Source: Promethearchaeota archaeon
GTDB lineage: Archaea; Asgardarchaeota; Lokiarchaeia; Sigyniarchaeales; SOKP01
Assembly: GCA_016839765.1 (NCBI GenBank)
Contig: JAEOTP010000077.1
Span: forward strand, 1 to 60,188
Direction: 5' to 3'
Length of the DNA stretch: 60,188 nucleotides
The position numbers and the translations under genes are program-made. The notes under the pieces were generated by a model. That model saw only the letters and a program-made list of their open reading frames with translations. It was not told the DNA's origin and searched no databases. Position 1 is the first letter of the stretch; the number at the start of each line of letters is the position of its first letter. This document shows positions 40,303 to 50,762 of the stretch, piece by piece.

Positions 40303-41442
40303 GTGATGAATATGGGTTTTAAACCAAAAGTATACTTCACTTCAAATGTCTTTACTCCTTCTGAAATTGGTTCTAACGATAAGATTAATCAAAAAATTAG
40401 AGATAATATAAAAAAATTGTGGAATATGCTAAGCAATATTGCTGAATTAAAAATTTTTAACGGTAGGTTTCCGACAGAAGCGGAATCTCAAAAGGATATT
40501 GAAGAATTTAACCCTGATATGATAGGATGTCATCTAAGCCATAAAATCTCTGCAAATATTCTAGAAGAATCCAATGTTTTTGTGATATGTACTTCAACTG
40601 CAGGGTATAATCATATCCAAAAAACTCAAAATGATGATATCCTTATCACACACACTCCTGGTGTGCTTCACAAGACTGTTGCGGATTATACCATAGCATT
40701 AATTATGGCAAATTTAAGGAACTTAATTGATCTCCACAATGATCTTTGGAATGGAAACTGGTCTACTAATAATAAATGGGACATTGATCAAAATTTATCT
40801 TCAGTAATTTCCAATAAAATTCTTGGCATTGTTGGTCTAGGAGAAATTGGAAAAGAAGTCATAAAAAGATTGTACCCTTGGGGTGTAAAAATTTTGTACC
40901 ATGATATTATTCGGATCAAAGAATTTGAGAAGATATATCCTAATATCGGATTTAAGGATAAAATAGAAGAAATCTTTCAAGAATCAGATATAATAAGTCT
41001 CCATATTCCATTGAACAAATTTACTAAAAAAATTATCAATAGAGATTTATTGAAATTAATGAAAAAAAATGCACTTCTAGTGAATACTGCTCGTGGGCTT
41101 GTACTTGATTTCGACGCTCTATTAGATCTTTTAGAAAAAAAGGAAATCCAAATTAATCTCGCAATTGATGTCTTTCCCATCGAACCAATCGATATTGAAA
41201 CACTCAAAAGGTTAAATAAAATTAAAAAAATCCAACCAGAAATAAGAATATTATTATTGCCACATAATGCGAGTGCAGACGCAGATACTCGAGGAAAAAT
41301 GATTACTATGTTTTTAAATGACATTATTAAAATAATAGAATCAAAATCATTAGAGGATCTTAGAGAAATTCATTTAATACCAGAACAAAAAAGTGAAATA
41401 TCTAAGAAAAATTGGAGAATATATAATTATTGGGAAAATTGA
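40303..41442 (+). CDS. D-isomer-specific 2-hydroxyacid dehydrogenase
   Basis: GIVGLGEIG, SDIISLHIP, VNTARG, DVFPIEP, LLPHNAS. Confidence 0.9.
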   Translation: MMNMGFKPKVYFTSNVFTPSEIGSNDKINQKIRDNIKKLWNMLSNIAELKIFNGRFPTEAESQKDIEEFNPDMIGCHLSHKISANILEESNVFVICTSTAGYNHIQKTQNDDILITHTPGVLHKTVADYTIALIMANLRNLIDLHNDLWNGNWSTNNKWDIDQNLSSVISNKILGIVGLGEIGKEVIKRLYPWGVKILYHDIIRIKEFEKIYPNIGFKDKIEEIFQESDIISLHIPLNKFTKKIINRDLLKLMKKNALLVNTARGLVLDFDALLDLLEKKEIQINLAIDVFPIEPIDIETLKRLNKIKKIQPEIRILLLPHNASADADTRGKMITMFLNDIIKIIESKSLEDLREIHLIPEQKSEISKKNWRIYNYWEN

Positions 41443-41448
41443 ATTTTT

Positions 41449-42021
41449 ATGATTCGCACGTTTATTGCTATAGAATTAAAAGATAAAGATACAATTGAAA
41501 AAATAACTTCATTTTCTTCAAGGTTAAAACAAAATCAACCAAAAATTAAACTAGTGGAACCAATAAATCTTCATATTACATTAAAATTCTTAGGAAATAT
41601 TCCTGAATCTATAGCACCAAAAATCTATAAAATTTTAAAAGAAGATATAAATGGATCGATCTTCCAAGGAAAAACACTTGAATTTAAAATGAAGGGTGTT
41701 GGCCAGTTTAATAGATATTCAGTATTGTGGATAAAACTTATTGGCAATATACAGTTCTTACAAAATGTTAAAGAGAAAGTCGAACAATTGTTATATGAGA
41801 AATTAGACATTAAATATGATAAAAGAAAAGAATTTAAAGCACATTTAACTATTGGAAGGTTAAAATCCAAAAATATTAACTACAATAATTTTAATATATT
41901 TAAAAAATTAATTCAAGAAAACAGGAATTTAGAGTTCGGCACTTTTAAAATAAATGAAGTCAAATTAAAAAGGTCAGTCTTAACTCCAAAAGGTCCAACA
42001 TATTCTGATTTGGTTTACTAA
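41449..42021 (+). CDS. thpR: RNA 2',3'-cyclic phosphodiesterase (2H family)
   Basis: RTFIAI, two HxT motifs (LHITLKFLG, AHLTIGR), SVLTPKGPTY. Confidence 0.9.
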   Translation: MIRTFIAIELKDKDTIEKITSFSSRLKQNQPKIKLVEPINLHITLKFLGNIPESIAPKIYKILKEDINGSIFQGKTLEFKMKGVGQFNRYSVLWIKLIGNIQFLQNVKEKVEQLLYEKLDIKYDKRKEFKAHLTIGRLKSKNINYNNFNIFKKLIQENRNLEFGTFKINEVKLKRSVLTPKGPTYSDLVY

Positions 42022-42741
42022 ATGTCAATATCTCCTATTAAAGCAATTGTTTGGGATTTGGATGGAACATTAATTCATTTTAAAATCGATTTTATAAAAG
42101 CAAGAAAAGAAGCAATTAAAATTTTTCAACAAAACGGAGTTCCTGAAAATTTACTTTCTCTAAAAACTAAAACATTGGATAATGCTAAAATTGCCAGAAA
42201 TTTTTTTGAAATAATGGGAATTTCAGAAAGTAAAATAAATGAAATAATGGATGACGCAAATTCAGCTATAGCTAAAGTAGAGTATGAAGCAGCTATAAAT
42301 CCGACTATGGTGAAGGGCATTGACAAAGTACTGGAATTTGCTAAGAATCATGATCTTAAACAAGCAATTTTTACATATAATACTCAAGAAAATGCCCAGG
42401 TTTCTTTAGCAAATATTAATCTCTTACATTATTTTGAATTCATAGTAGGTCGGGATAATATAAAAAACCCTAAACCACATCCAGATCATTTAAAGCTAAT
42501 ATGTGATAAATTCTCAGTAAAAACTCAAGAAGTAGTAGTTATTGGAGATATGGGAAGAGATATCGAAGCCGCACTAAATGTTGGGGCACATTCAATCCTA
42601 ATATATACTAAATTATCAAAATATTTTAAATCAAATGCTTATAAAAAGGCAGATCTTATAATTAAACCAAAAGAAATTCCGTTTAAATTAATAGAGGCAC
42701 TTAAAAAATTATTGGAGATAAATAAAAAAAATTATAAATAG
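42022..42741 (+). CDS. HAD-family hydrolase (phosphoglycolate phosphatase-like)
   Basis: WDLDGTL, KPHP, IGDMGRD. Confidence 0.9.
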   Translation: MSISPIKAIVWDLDGTLIHFKIDFIKARKEAIKIFQQNGVPENLLSLKTKTLDNAKIARNFFEIMGISESKINEIMDDANSAIAKVEYEAAINPTMVKGIDKVLEFAKNHDLKQAIFTYNTQENAQVSLANINLLHYFEFIVGRDNIKNPKPHPDHLKLICDKFSVKTQEVVVIGDMGRDIEAALNVGAHSILIYTKLSKYFKSNAYKKADLIIKPKEIPFKLIEALKKLLEINKKNYK

Positions 42742-42815
42742 AATTTATACTATTAATGACATAAATCTAATTTAATAATAGAATTTTATTATAAAAAAAG
42801 GGTTTAATTTTTAAA

Positions 42816-43076
42816 ATGGGAAGAATAGAGTTTGACCTTGATGTCCTTAAACCGCACCAACCTGACAATTTTGACTTAGCAAAAGCTTTAGAAGAGATCC
42901 CTGGAGTAAAATTTGTCCAAATAAAAGTTGACGAAATTGACCAGAAGACAACCTCTGTTTTTATTACTATAAAAGGAACGGATGAACTTTCGCTGGATAC
43001 TCTTAAATCGGCTTTAGAAGATATGAACTGTGCTCTACATAGTGTAGATAGAGTCCAAATCGATAAAAGGACCTAA
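42816..43076 (+). CDS. DUF211-like archaeal protein
   Basis: LDVLKPHQP, EIDQKT, ALHSVDRV. Confidence 0.75.
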   Translation: MGRIEFDLDVLKPHQPDNFDLAKALEEIPGVKFVQIKVDEIDQKTTSVFITIKGTDELSLDTLKSALEDMNCALHSVDRVQIDKRT

Positions 43077-43118
43077 TTTATTATATCATTTTTTTAATAT
43101 AAATTAATTATTCCAAAA

Positions 43119-43481
43119 ATGTCTCAACAAACAGCTCCAAAAGTATTTAAAGTAATAGAAGAAGATGGAGAAATTGATGATGAATTAGATTATGCTTTAA
43201 TGAATTATTTAATACGAAATAGAGGGCCAGGATATACTGCTTGTCAACCTAAACTTGTTGAATTAGAAAGTGGTAAAAAAGCGATAAGGATGGGTATCGA
43301 TAATACCTTTATTGATAAAGATAATAAAATAATGGGACTAGGGATCGTAGGAAATTTAATTATTGATTATGATACTTTACAAGTCCTCTATTGTACCCCA
43401 ACCGAAGAACTTGAACAAAATGTTGATAAATTAAAAAAAGCAGGGGTTCAACCACAACCTAGACCTAAAGGAAAATATTGA
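43119..43481 (+). CDS. Hypothetical protein
   Basis: 120-aa ORF with ATG start, co-oriented within a gene run; no recognisable motif. Confidence 0.7.
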   Translation: MSQQTAPKVFKVIEEDGEIDDELDYALMNYLIRNRGPGYTACQPKLVELESGKKAIRMGIDNTFIDKDNKIMGLGIVGNLIIDYDTLQVLYCTPTEELEQNVDKLKKAGVQPQPRPKGKY

Positions 43482-43581
43482 ATTTTGCAAAATTAATGTG
43501 TACTTTCCTTTATAAAAGATTCATTATTTCTTATTATAGAAAAGATTTATTTTTAATCACATTCTAAACAGTACAAAGAAA

Positions 43582-44112
43582 ATGTCAATTAAAGAAAGTA
43601 AAATCACACATTTAATAAGAGAATACTTAATTCAAGAAGGTTTATTAAGGCAAAATTTACCTGATAGTGAAAAAAAACTTGAGTTTGGATTTCAATTCGC
43701 TTTTCCCCCTGGACCTGTTGGCCAGAATATGTTTGTATTAAAACCAAAACAAAAAAACCTAATAGTAATATCCTGCCGAATTCAAATATCACCTCAACAC
43801 GTTAGTGCTTTAAATTCTTTAAAGGATAATAAGAAAATGCGATTCTTTATGGATTTGCGAAAGTTTTTCTTATTAAAGGATATCTTTTTTAGAATAGATA
43901 TTCAAAATAATAGATATGAGATAAGTGATCAGATTTTTCTTAAGAAAAATGATACAATTTCAAAAAATTCTTTTTTTAGGAGCGTACGTAAAGTTTTTAC
44001 ATGTGCAGCATATTCAAACATGATATTAAGCGATTATTGTTCAACTAAAATAAAACCAGAAGATTTCTCTAAAACTAAAGATTTTAACTCAGATTTTTCT
44101 CTCTATTCATAA
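43582..44112 (+). CDS. DUF2299-like hypothetical protein
   Basis: IREYLIQEGL, ISPQHVSAL...FFMDLR pattern. Confidence 0.6.
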   Translation: MSIKESKITHLIREYLIQEGLLRQNLPDSEKKLEFGFQFAFPPGPVGQNMFVLKPKQKNLIVISCRIQISPQHVSALNSLKDNKKMRFFMDLRKFFLLKDIFFRIDIQNNRYEISDQIFLKKNDTISKNSFFRSVRKVFTCAAYSNMILSDYCSTKIKPEDFSKTKDFNSDFSLYS

Positions 44113-44155
44113 TGAGTAATCCTATTAATGGTGTATTACAATTTTTCAAAAATGG

Positions 44156-44659
44156 TTGCGTGCTTTAGGAAAACTTGATTATGTTCAAGGAAATGCAAGA
44201 CCAGACGTAAAATGTATATTATGTTCTGTGAGAGATAATGATGAGAGAGTAGTCTCGTTAAAAATTTATCATGATAATATGCTTTTCATTTCTTTAAATC
44301 TCTATCCGTATAATCCAGGTCATCTTATGATTGTTCCAAATAAACATCTCACTAAATTTACAGATCTTACAAGAGAGGAATTAATCCATATAACAAGGAC
44401 AATACAAGGAGTACAAATGCTTTTGGATGATCTCTATAACCCAAAAGGATATAATATTGGAATAAATCAAGGAAAAATTGCTGGTGGTAGTATAGAACAT
44501 ATCCATATCCATATTGTACCTCGATATAGTTCTGAATTAGGTTATATTGATATTGTGGGTAAAACAAGGGTAGTTCCAGAGGGTTTAAATTCAGTGAAGA
44601 AGAAATTAGGAGAAAGAATTGATAAGTATCTAAATAATGAATTTTTTAAAAATTTTTAA
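44156..44659 (+). CDS. HIT-family nucleotide hydrolase
   Basis: CILC, NLYPYNPGHLMIVP, GYNIGINQG, HIHIHIVPR. Confidence 0.92.
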   Translation: MRALGKLDYVQGNARPDVKCILCSVRDNDERVVSLKIYHDNMLFISLNLYPYNPGHLMIVPNKHLTKFTDLTREELIHITRTIQGVQMLLDDLYNPKGYNIGINQGKIAGGSIEHIHIHIVPRYSSELGYIDIVGKTRVVPEGLNSVKKKLGERIDKYLNNEFFKNF

Positions 44660-44712
44660 ATTAAAATAAGAAAAATTAAAAAAAAATCTATAAGTTTTAA
44701 AAATTAACCAAG

Positions 44713-44952
44713 TTATCGAGTAGCGTTTCTTACATCTGCTGCAGTAACTCGCTTTCTTTTGTCAGCTTTACAAATCTTTAAAGCGTCCTTTGTCGCGTCT
44801 GCGGCTTTATTTTCTAAGAAGCCAATTAGCTTATCTAAAGCTTCAGCAGCAACTAAATCAGCGCCTTCTTTTTTCATCAAACGTCTGATTGGTGCTTTTG
44901 CTATGTAAGTCTCTCCCTTCTTAGCTTTTGGAGCAGGTTTCTTTTTAGCCAT
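44713..44952 (-). CDS. Archaeal histone with Lys-rich N-terminal tail
   Basis: Histone fold IAKAPIRRLMK...RKRVTAADV; tail MAKKKPAPKAKKG; GGAGG SD upstream. Confidence 0.9.
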   Translation of the reverse strand: MAKKKPAPKAKKGETYIAKAPIRRLMKKEGADLVAAEALDKLIGFLENKAADATKDALKICKADKRKRVTAADVRNATR

Positions 44953-45628
44953 AATTACATTCCTCCACTTATTTTTTTATTATATTCTTGTTTTTTTTTG
45001 ATTGATAATTAATATTAACTACTCATTTCTATTATATAAATGTTATGTTTCGAAATGATACTTTAAGGAAGTTTCATCAATAGAATTTTTTAGATCTGAA
45101 ATGTGCTAAATATATTTAGACCGACAAAATGCCACTATTAAAATAAATTTTTAATTTTTATTAAATAGCAAATAAATTTTTTTCGATTTCATTTATTTAC
45201 TAGATATTAATTTCAACAAGAGATATTAAATATATAATATAATAGTTGATATAAGATGAAATTTTGAAGTTAGTGAAAAAATGAAAAATTGCAATATTTG
45301 AATACGTAGGGGTTATTTTTATTCACACTTATTAAATTAATTGAAATACAAATATTATTGATAAAATTAGAGTTATGAAAATTTATATAAAATTTTTCTA
45401 ATTTATGGCTCAACTAAAGGTAGAATTAAAAAAATTAACTCAAATTATATTTCTAGTGTCTCAATCTAAGAGAACTTTAATACCATAATAGTTTATAGAA
45501 AAAATATTTAAAAATTATTATGATCTAAGAATAGTTGAGATTATTTGAAAAAGATTCGAACTTTTTTCTAAATATAAAAATTAAAATATAAAATGTTAAA
45601 TAAGTTATTTAAAAGAATATAAAGCAAT

Positions 45629-46495
45629 TTGATAGGAGAATTGACACTTAGTCAAAATATCGAGGAACTTGAAGAATCTGAGATTGAAGACGCTTTACAA
45701 ACTCTTGGTTTTACTAAAAACGATTCAAAGGTATTACTCACTCTCGCTAAATATAAAATCCTTAGTCCTGCAGATATTGCAAAATTTTCTGGAGTAGATC
45801 GTGCAAGAGTCTATGATAGTCTTAATAGGTTAATCGAAAAGGGATACATTCAGAAAGAACCAATAAAACGTGGTGCAAATTATCAAATTATTCCTATTGG
45901 AAAGATATTTAAAGCAATCCGAGAGGAGTATAAACAAAAAATTAATGAAACTCTTATTATTGAAAAAGCGATAAGTGAGTTAGAGGTCAAATCAGATGAA
46001 TTTGAACCACGAGTATGGGCTATAGGTGATAGAGATAAAATTAGAAAAAAGATTAAAGAACTTATTGAAACATCACAAAATCGAATTTACTTCATTATAA
46101 CTCCCGATTTACTTATGGAAGAATTAGGAGGATATGAATGGATACTCAAACTATTATGGAACAAAAAATTCTCCTCAAATACTCAGATAATTTTAGCGTT
46201 AAAATATTTTGAAGGTCTTAAAGAAGAAATTAAAAAATTATTGAAAATATCCGTAAAAATTCATTCAATAGAGGGTGATAGTGTAATACCCTTTGGATTA
46301 TTAATTACAGATAATGATTTCCTACTTACAACTTTAGATCAAGTAAGCGAAGCCCCAGAATACACCTCAGGTCTATGGTTAGAAAATGGACATCAAAAAC
46401 AGATTATGGGCTATGAGCACCTTTTTAAACATTTTATAACCTCAGAATGTAAAGAGATCAAATTAACGACTAAAAAAGGGGCACTGGAAGCATAA
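45629..46495 (+). CDS. TrmB-family transcriptional regulator
   Basis: LGFTKNDSKV, SGVDRARVYDSLNRLIEKG wHTH plus C-terminal effector domain; true start may be TTG 45641. Confidence 0.88.
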   Translation: MIGELTLSQNIEELEESEIEDALQTLGFTKNDSKVLLTLAKYKILSPADIAKFSGVDRARVYDSLNRLIEKGYIQKEPIKRGANYQIIPIGKIFKAIREEYKQKINETLIIEKAISELEVKSDEFEPRVWAIGDRDKIRKKIKELIETSQNRIYFIITPDLLMEELGGYEWILKLLWNKKFSSNTQIILALKYFEGLKEEIKKLLKISVKIHSIEGDSVIPFGLLITDNDFLLTTLDQVSEAPEYTSGLWLENGHQKQIMGYEHLFKHFITSECKEIKLTTKKGALEA

Positions 46496-46606
46496 AATTC
46501 TAAAAATACATTTTAAAATATGGATAATATAAAAAAAATATATATAAAACCAATATTAATTTATTAACCAATTCTTTGCAGATATTGTGAATTAGAAAAA
46601 TCTAGG

Positions 46607-47173
46607 GTGATAGGAATAAGCTATCGAGGAAAAGCATTGATGGTTGGCTCTCCTAATGTTGGGAAAACTAGTCTCCTAGCTCGTTATGTGGACAATAAAT
46701 TCAGTGAAGAATACCATCAAACTATAGGAGCAAATTTTTTGATAAAAGAAATTGATCTAAACGAGATTATTGATAAAATTAATATAGGTAATCCTGAATT
46801 AAAGAAAGATATTAAAGATAAAGGGTTTAAATTATACTTCTGGGATGTAGGAGGTCAACAAGACAAGCTTTTCGCAAATGAATATTACTTTGTTCAAGCT
46901 GTTGGAGCTATGGTCGTTTTTAGTTTAAGTTCTTATGATACATTTAAAGATCTCGATTTTTGGGTCTCTAAATTAAAAGAACTAAGTGGAGAAGTACCAT
47001 ATATCCTTGTTGGCAATAAGACAGATTTAAGAAGGGAAGTTGCTAAAAGCATGGCTGAAAAAAAGGCTAAAGAATTAGGGGTTGAATATTATGAAACTTC
47101 TGCAAAATTAAACCAAAATGTTGATATGGCTTTTGAAAGGCTATCAATTCAAATTTTGAATAATTTAAAATAA
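46607..47173 (+). CDS. Rab/Ras-like small GTPase
   Basis: GSPNVGKTS, TIGANF, WDVGGQ, GNKTD, ETSAK; no C-terminal Cys prenylation motif. Confidence 0.92.
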   Translation: MIGISYRGKALMVGSPNVGKTSLLARYVDNKFSEEYHQTIGANFLIKEIDLNEIIDKINIGNPELKKDIKDKGFKLYFWDVGGQQDKLFANEYYFVQAVGAMVVFSLSSYDTFKDLDFWVSKLKELSGEVPYILVGNKTDLRREVAKSMAEKKAKELGVEYYETSAKLNQNVDMAFERLSIQILNNLK

Positions 47174-47244
47174 TTTCTTATTATCCTTATTTATAACTTA
47201 AATTAAATTTAGCTGAATATTAAAATTTTAAATATTAGAGTTCA

Positions 47245-47976
47245 ATGAGTTTTCTATTAATCCCTATAGCTCCATTATCAAGAACAAAATCTCGTCTTAG
47301 AGATTGCTTTTCCAAAGAGCAACTTAAAGATTTAACCCTTGCTATGTTTAAAGATTTAGCTAATAAACTGGAAAAGGTTGACATTTTTGATCAAAAAATT
47401 GTATATTGCAACAGTTCAGAAATATTAGAACTCGCGGATGAATATGGATTAAGAGGTATCAAAGAAGATTTGACTACCCCTAGAAAAAATTTTGATGCTG
47501 TAATCAGAGATCTTAACGAAATAGCTATTTCAAAGTTCAAAGCTAAAGAAACTATATTTATCTTTTTAGACACTATTTTGATTTCAGTAAATAACTTTTA
47601 TGAGCTTTATTCTCTTATAAAAGATCATCAATTAATTGTATGTCCTGCAATACATTCTGCAGGAATTTCAGTTCTTGGGAGAAACCCGCCTGATATAATA
47701 ACCACTTTCTTTTCAGAACCAGATACTCCTTCACTTCTGGCTCTCTTAAATAAAGCAAATGATTTAAATTTAAAAATAGCAGTTTATGATTCTTTTCGTG
47801 CGGGTTTTGATATTGATATTAAACAAGATTTAGTTTTAGCATATGAATATTTAAAAATCCTTAATTTAACAAACACAGAAACTTATAAATTCTTAAAACA
47901 AAATTTAAAAATATCTTTACTTAAAAGAAATTTAAGAGATAATAGAGATTTTGAATTGAGGGAGTTAGAATTATAG
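47245..47976 (+). CDS. cofC: CofC-like 2-phospho-L-lactate/PEP guanylyltransferase (F420 biosynthesis)
   Basis: LIPIAPLSRTKSRL, AMFKD, FDIDIKQDL. Confidence 0.7.
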   Translation: MSFLLIPIAPLSRTKSRLRDCFSKEQLKDLTLAMFKDLANKLEKVDIFDQKIVYCNSSEILELADEYGLRGIKEDLTTPRKNFDAVIRDLNEIAISKFKAKETIFIFLDTILISVNNFYELYSLIKDHQLIVCPAIHSAGISVLGRNPPDIITTFFSEPDTPSLLALLNKANDLNLKIAVYDSFRAGFDIDIKQDLVLAYEYLKILNLTNTETYKFLKQNLKISLLKRNLRDNRDFELRELEL

Positions 47977-47980
47977 ATAC

Positions 47981-49240
47981 TTAAAAAGAAAAGGTTATAT
48001 TTATCTTTATATCTTCATTTAATATACTTTTTACTGCATTCTGGAACTCTTCTCTTTCATTTTTTAATGCAGCCAAATATCTCATATAATCCTTATTCTT
48101 TCTATCTAGATCATTTTGAATATGCTCTAATCTCACAGAATTTGTTGAAATTTGATTTTTAACATCTTCTAATTCTTCAGATAATCCCGCATCTTTTACT
48201 TTTGCTTCTAATAACTTAGTTTCTTGCTTTAATTCATTTAATTCATCAATAAAGTTAAAAATCTTTTTTTCTTCGAAAATAGAATTAATATGCTCAATCG
48301 TTTTTTCCTTTGTATCAGTCTTTAGATCTAACTTATTCTCTTCTAAAACATGGCGTAATTGGACTAATAAATTTGAAAAATTTGGTAAATCTTGTCTTTC
48401 ATTACGAAGAGTTTTTATTGGATCTTTAAGGAAGTTTTTTAAGAAATTCATATTAAGATTTGATATATAAATCGTTTCTTTTACCAATTCATGTTTCAAC
48501 TTTTTTAATGCTTTTTTAAAACCTAATTGATCATTGATTTTCATTCTTAATTTAAATCGTTTCTCTTTTTTTTTTTCTAAATCTGAAAATAATGTATTTT
48601 TTTCTAGCTCCATTAATTTATTACTTAATTCTTCCTGATGGGTTTGATGCTCTTCTAATTGGTTTTCAAATTCTTCTAAATCTACTTTTGCATGTTCAAT
48701 ATTTTCTCGCAAACTAAAAAGTTTCGGTAATTTTTTAAGCAAGGATTCAGCATCTCTAAGATCCTCATATTTTTTTCTTAAGAATTGATCCAATACCGCT
48801 TGTTTTTTTTGAATTTTACGTGTGATATAATTAAGTTCTTTTATTTCAGGTTGTACTTCTTTTTGAAACTTAGGTAATGCTTTTCTTGCGATTTCATTTA
48901 TGTTAGTGAATAACTTTTTAATTGAATTTAATAAACTCATGATGCTATCATAGTTTAATTCTTCTTCTGGAATTTCTATCTCATCAATTTCTTTCCTGAT
49001 GCGATCAGAGAAAAAGTGTAAAGATTTTAAAGCTTTTTCTTCTATTTTTCCCTCTCCCGCTTCTAAAAAATGATCCATACAAACTTTGATCTCTATTAAA
49101 CCATCTCTTATTTCTGATATAAGTTTCTGAACCGCTTTTTTTACTTTTACAAATCGAGAGTCTAATCGACTCTTATAAAAATCTTCAAATTCCTCTAATA
49201 TTACTTCAATCATTTTATATCTATTTTTTTCTAGATTCAA
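47981..49240 (-). CDS. Coiled-coil hypothetical protein
   Basis: 419 aa, E/K/L-rich heptads, no Walker motifs; overlaps the serS 3' end. Confidence 0.75.
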   Translation of the reverse strand: MNLEKNRYKMIEVILEEFEDFYKSRLDSRFVKVKKAVQKLISEIRDGLIEIKVCMDHFLEAGEGKIEEKALKSLHFFSDRIRKEIDEIEIPEEELNYDSIMSLLNSIKKLFTNINEIARKALPKFQKEVQPEIKELNYITRKIQKKQAVLDQFLRKKYEDLRDAESLLKKLPKLFSLRENIEHAKVDLEEFENQLEEHQTHQEELSNKLMELEKNTLFSDLEKKKEKRFKLRMKINDQLGFKKALKKLKHELVKETIYISNLNMNFLKNFLKDPIKTLRNERQDLPNFSNLLVQLRHVLEENKLDLKTDTKEKTIEHINSIFEEKKIFNFIDELNELKQETKLLEAKVKDAGLSEELEDVKNQISTNSVRLEHIQNDLDRKNKDYMRYLAALKNEREEFQNAVKSILNEDIKINITFSF

Positions 49241-50540
49241 TTAATTTTTTATTATTCATATATTTCTGTAAAACTCTGGGAATTCTTACAGAATGATCTT
49301 CATTTTGATAATTTTCTAATAAACAGCAAATTGTACGTTCCGTGGCGATTGCTGTGGAATTTAATGTGTGTACAATCTGCTTCTTTTCTTGAGTACCAAC
49401 TTTTCCCATTCTAATTTTTAATTTTCTTGCTTGATAATCAAGACAATTACTGCAAGAAACTAATTCTCTATACGCCTGCGAACTTGGGAACCATCCTTCA
49501 AGATCGAATTTCTTAGCAGCATTATCATTTAACGCTCCTGAAGCTATATTAACAATTCTATAAGGAATTTCTAATTCTTTAAAGATTTCTTCTGTGTTAG
49601 CTAATAATTCCTCGTGAAATATCCAAGAATTATCAGGTTTACAGAATATATACTGTTCTACTTTTTCAAACTGATGAACTCTAAATATTCCTAAAGTATC
49701 TTTGCCGTGAGATCCTGCTTCTCGTCTAAAACACGTAGAAACTCCAGCATACTTAATTGGTAAATTTTTAGGTTCGATTATTTCGTTAAAATGATAAGCT
49801 GCCATAGTTTGTTCTGCTGTGGCAATCATATAGAGATCTTCATCTTGAATTTTATACAATTGTTCTTCAAAATCTGCCAATTCCGCAGCTGCTTTAATTA
49901 CATCGTATTTAATAAAAAATGGGGGCCACATGGGAGTATAACCCTTGGAAATTAATTTGTCTAATGCATATCTCAATAGTGCAAAATTTAAGGATACGAT
50001 ATCACCTTTTAAATAATAAAATCTCGAACCAACTACTTCAGCTGCTTTCTTTGTATCTGCTCCATCAATTTCGGAGATTAAATCAACATGAGATAATGGG
50101 TTAAACTTAAACTTAGGTATATCTCCCACAACTCTCACAATTTCATTATTTTCTTCAGTTTCTCCAATTGGAACGGACTGATGCAAAATATTTCCAACAA
50201 TATAACGAAACTTTTCCCTTTGTTCTAAATATTCCACCTTATTTTTTTCTAACTCATCAATTCTTTCCTTAATTTTTATTGAGTTTAATTTAGCCTCTTC
50301 AACTTTATTAATTTCTCCGGATTTCTTAAATTGGCCAATCAGAATTGAGATTTCGTTTCTTTGTCTTTTTAATTCTTGAAGCTCTTTTAATACTTCTCTC
50401 CATTTTTTATCATAATCTAAAACTTTTCTCGCATTAGATGGGTCTTTAAATCTTTTTTCTTCCGAACCAATTATCTTTTCCAAATCATTTCGATATAATT
50501 CAATGTCGAGCAAATAAAATTCCCTCGAAATTTTATTCAT
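49221..50540 (-). CDS. serS: Serine--tRNA ligase (canonical type)
   Basis: ATAEQ, CFRREAGSHGKDTLGIFRVHQFEKVE, ELVSCSNC, HTLNST; start may be TTG 50513 (MLDIELYR). Confidence 0.95.
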   Translation of the reverse strand: MNKISREFYLLDIELYRNDLEKIIGSEEKRFKDPSNARKVLDYDKKWREVLKELQELKRQRNEISILIGQFKKSGEINKVEEAKLNSIKIKERIDELEKNKVEYLEQREKFRYIVGNILHQSVPIGETEENNEIVRVVGDIPKFKFNPLSHVDLISEIDGADTKKAAEVVGSRFYYLKGDIVSLNFALLRYALDKLISKGYTPMWPPFFIKYDVIKAAAELADFEEQLYKIQDEDLYMIATAEQTMAAYHFNEIIEPKNLPIKYAGVSTCFRREAGSHGKDTLGIFRVHQFEKVEQYIFCKPDNSWIFHEELLANTEEIFKELEIPYRIVNIASGALNDNAAKKFDLEGWFPSSQAYRELVSCSNCLDYQARKLKIRMGKVGTQEKKQIVHTLNSTAIATERTICCLLENYQNEDHSVRIPRVLQKYMNNKKLIESRKK

Positions 50541-50718
50541 GCTGAATCCGTTCAGCTATTGTTGAGCGAAGAAGAGCCGTTTTTATTTTTATTTTATCGT
50601 AACCTACTTTGTCAATAATTTTCATTATTTTTATTCTCCTGGCTTTACCTTTCAAGCCTTCCTCAAGCATAAATTGCTTAGCAAATTCCTCTTTCTTATT
50701 CTCTTCTGATTCAGACAT
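50533..50718 (-). CDS. Small hypothetical protein
   Basis: 61 aa, co-oriented between mvhD and serS. Confidence 0.6.
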   Translation of the reverse strand: MSESEENKKEEFAKQFMLEEGLKGKARRIKIMKIIDKVGYDKIKIKTALLRSTIAERIQHE

Positions 50719-50762
50719 TACTTAAAAATATTCTTGGTAATAAAAAAATTTAATCAGAATTT

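Noticed and set aside
44953-45628. CRISPR array or replication origin
   Set aside because: No regularly spaced repeats, no ORB-like G-string motifs recognised, and no cas or cdc6 gene nearby
47981-49240. SMC/Rad50 ATPase
   Set aside because: Coiled-coil only; no Walker A/B, signature motif or Zn hook
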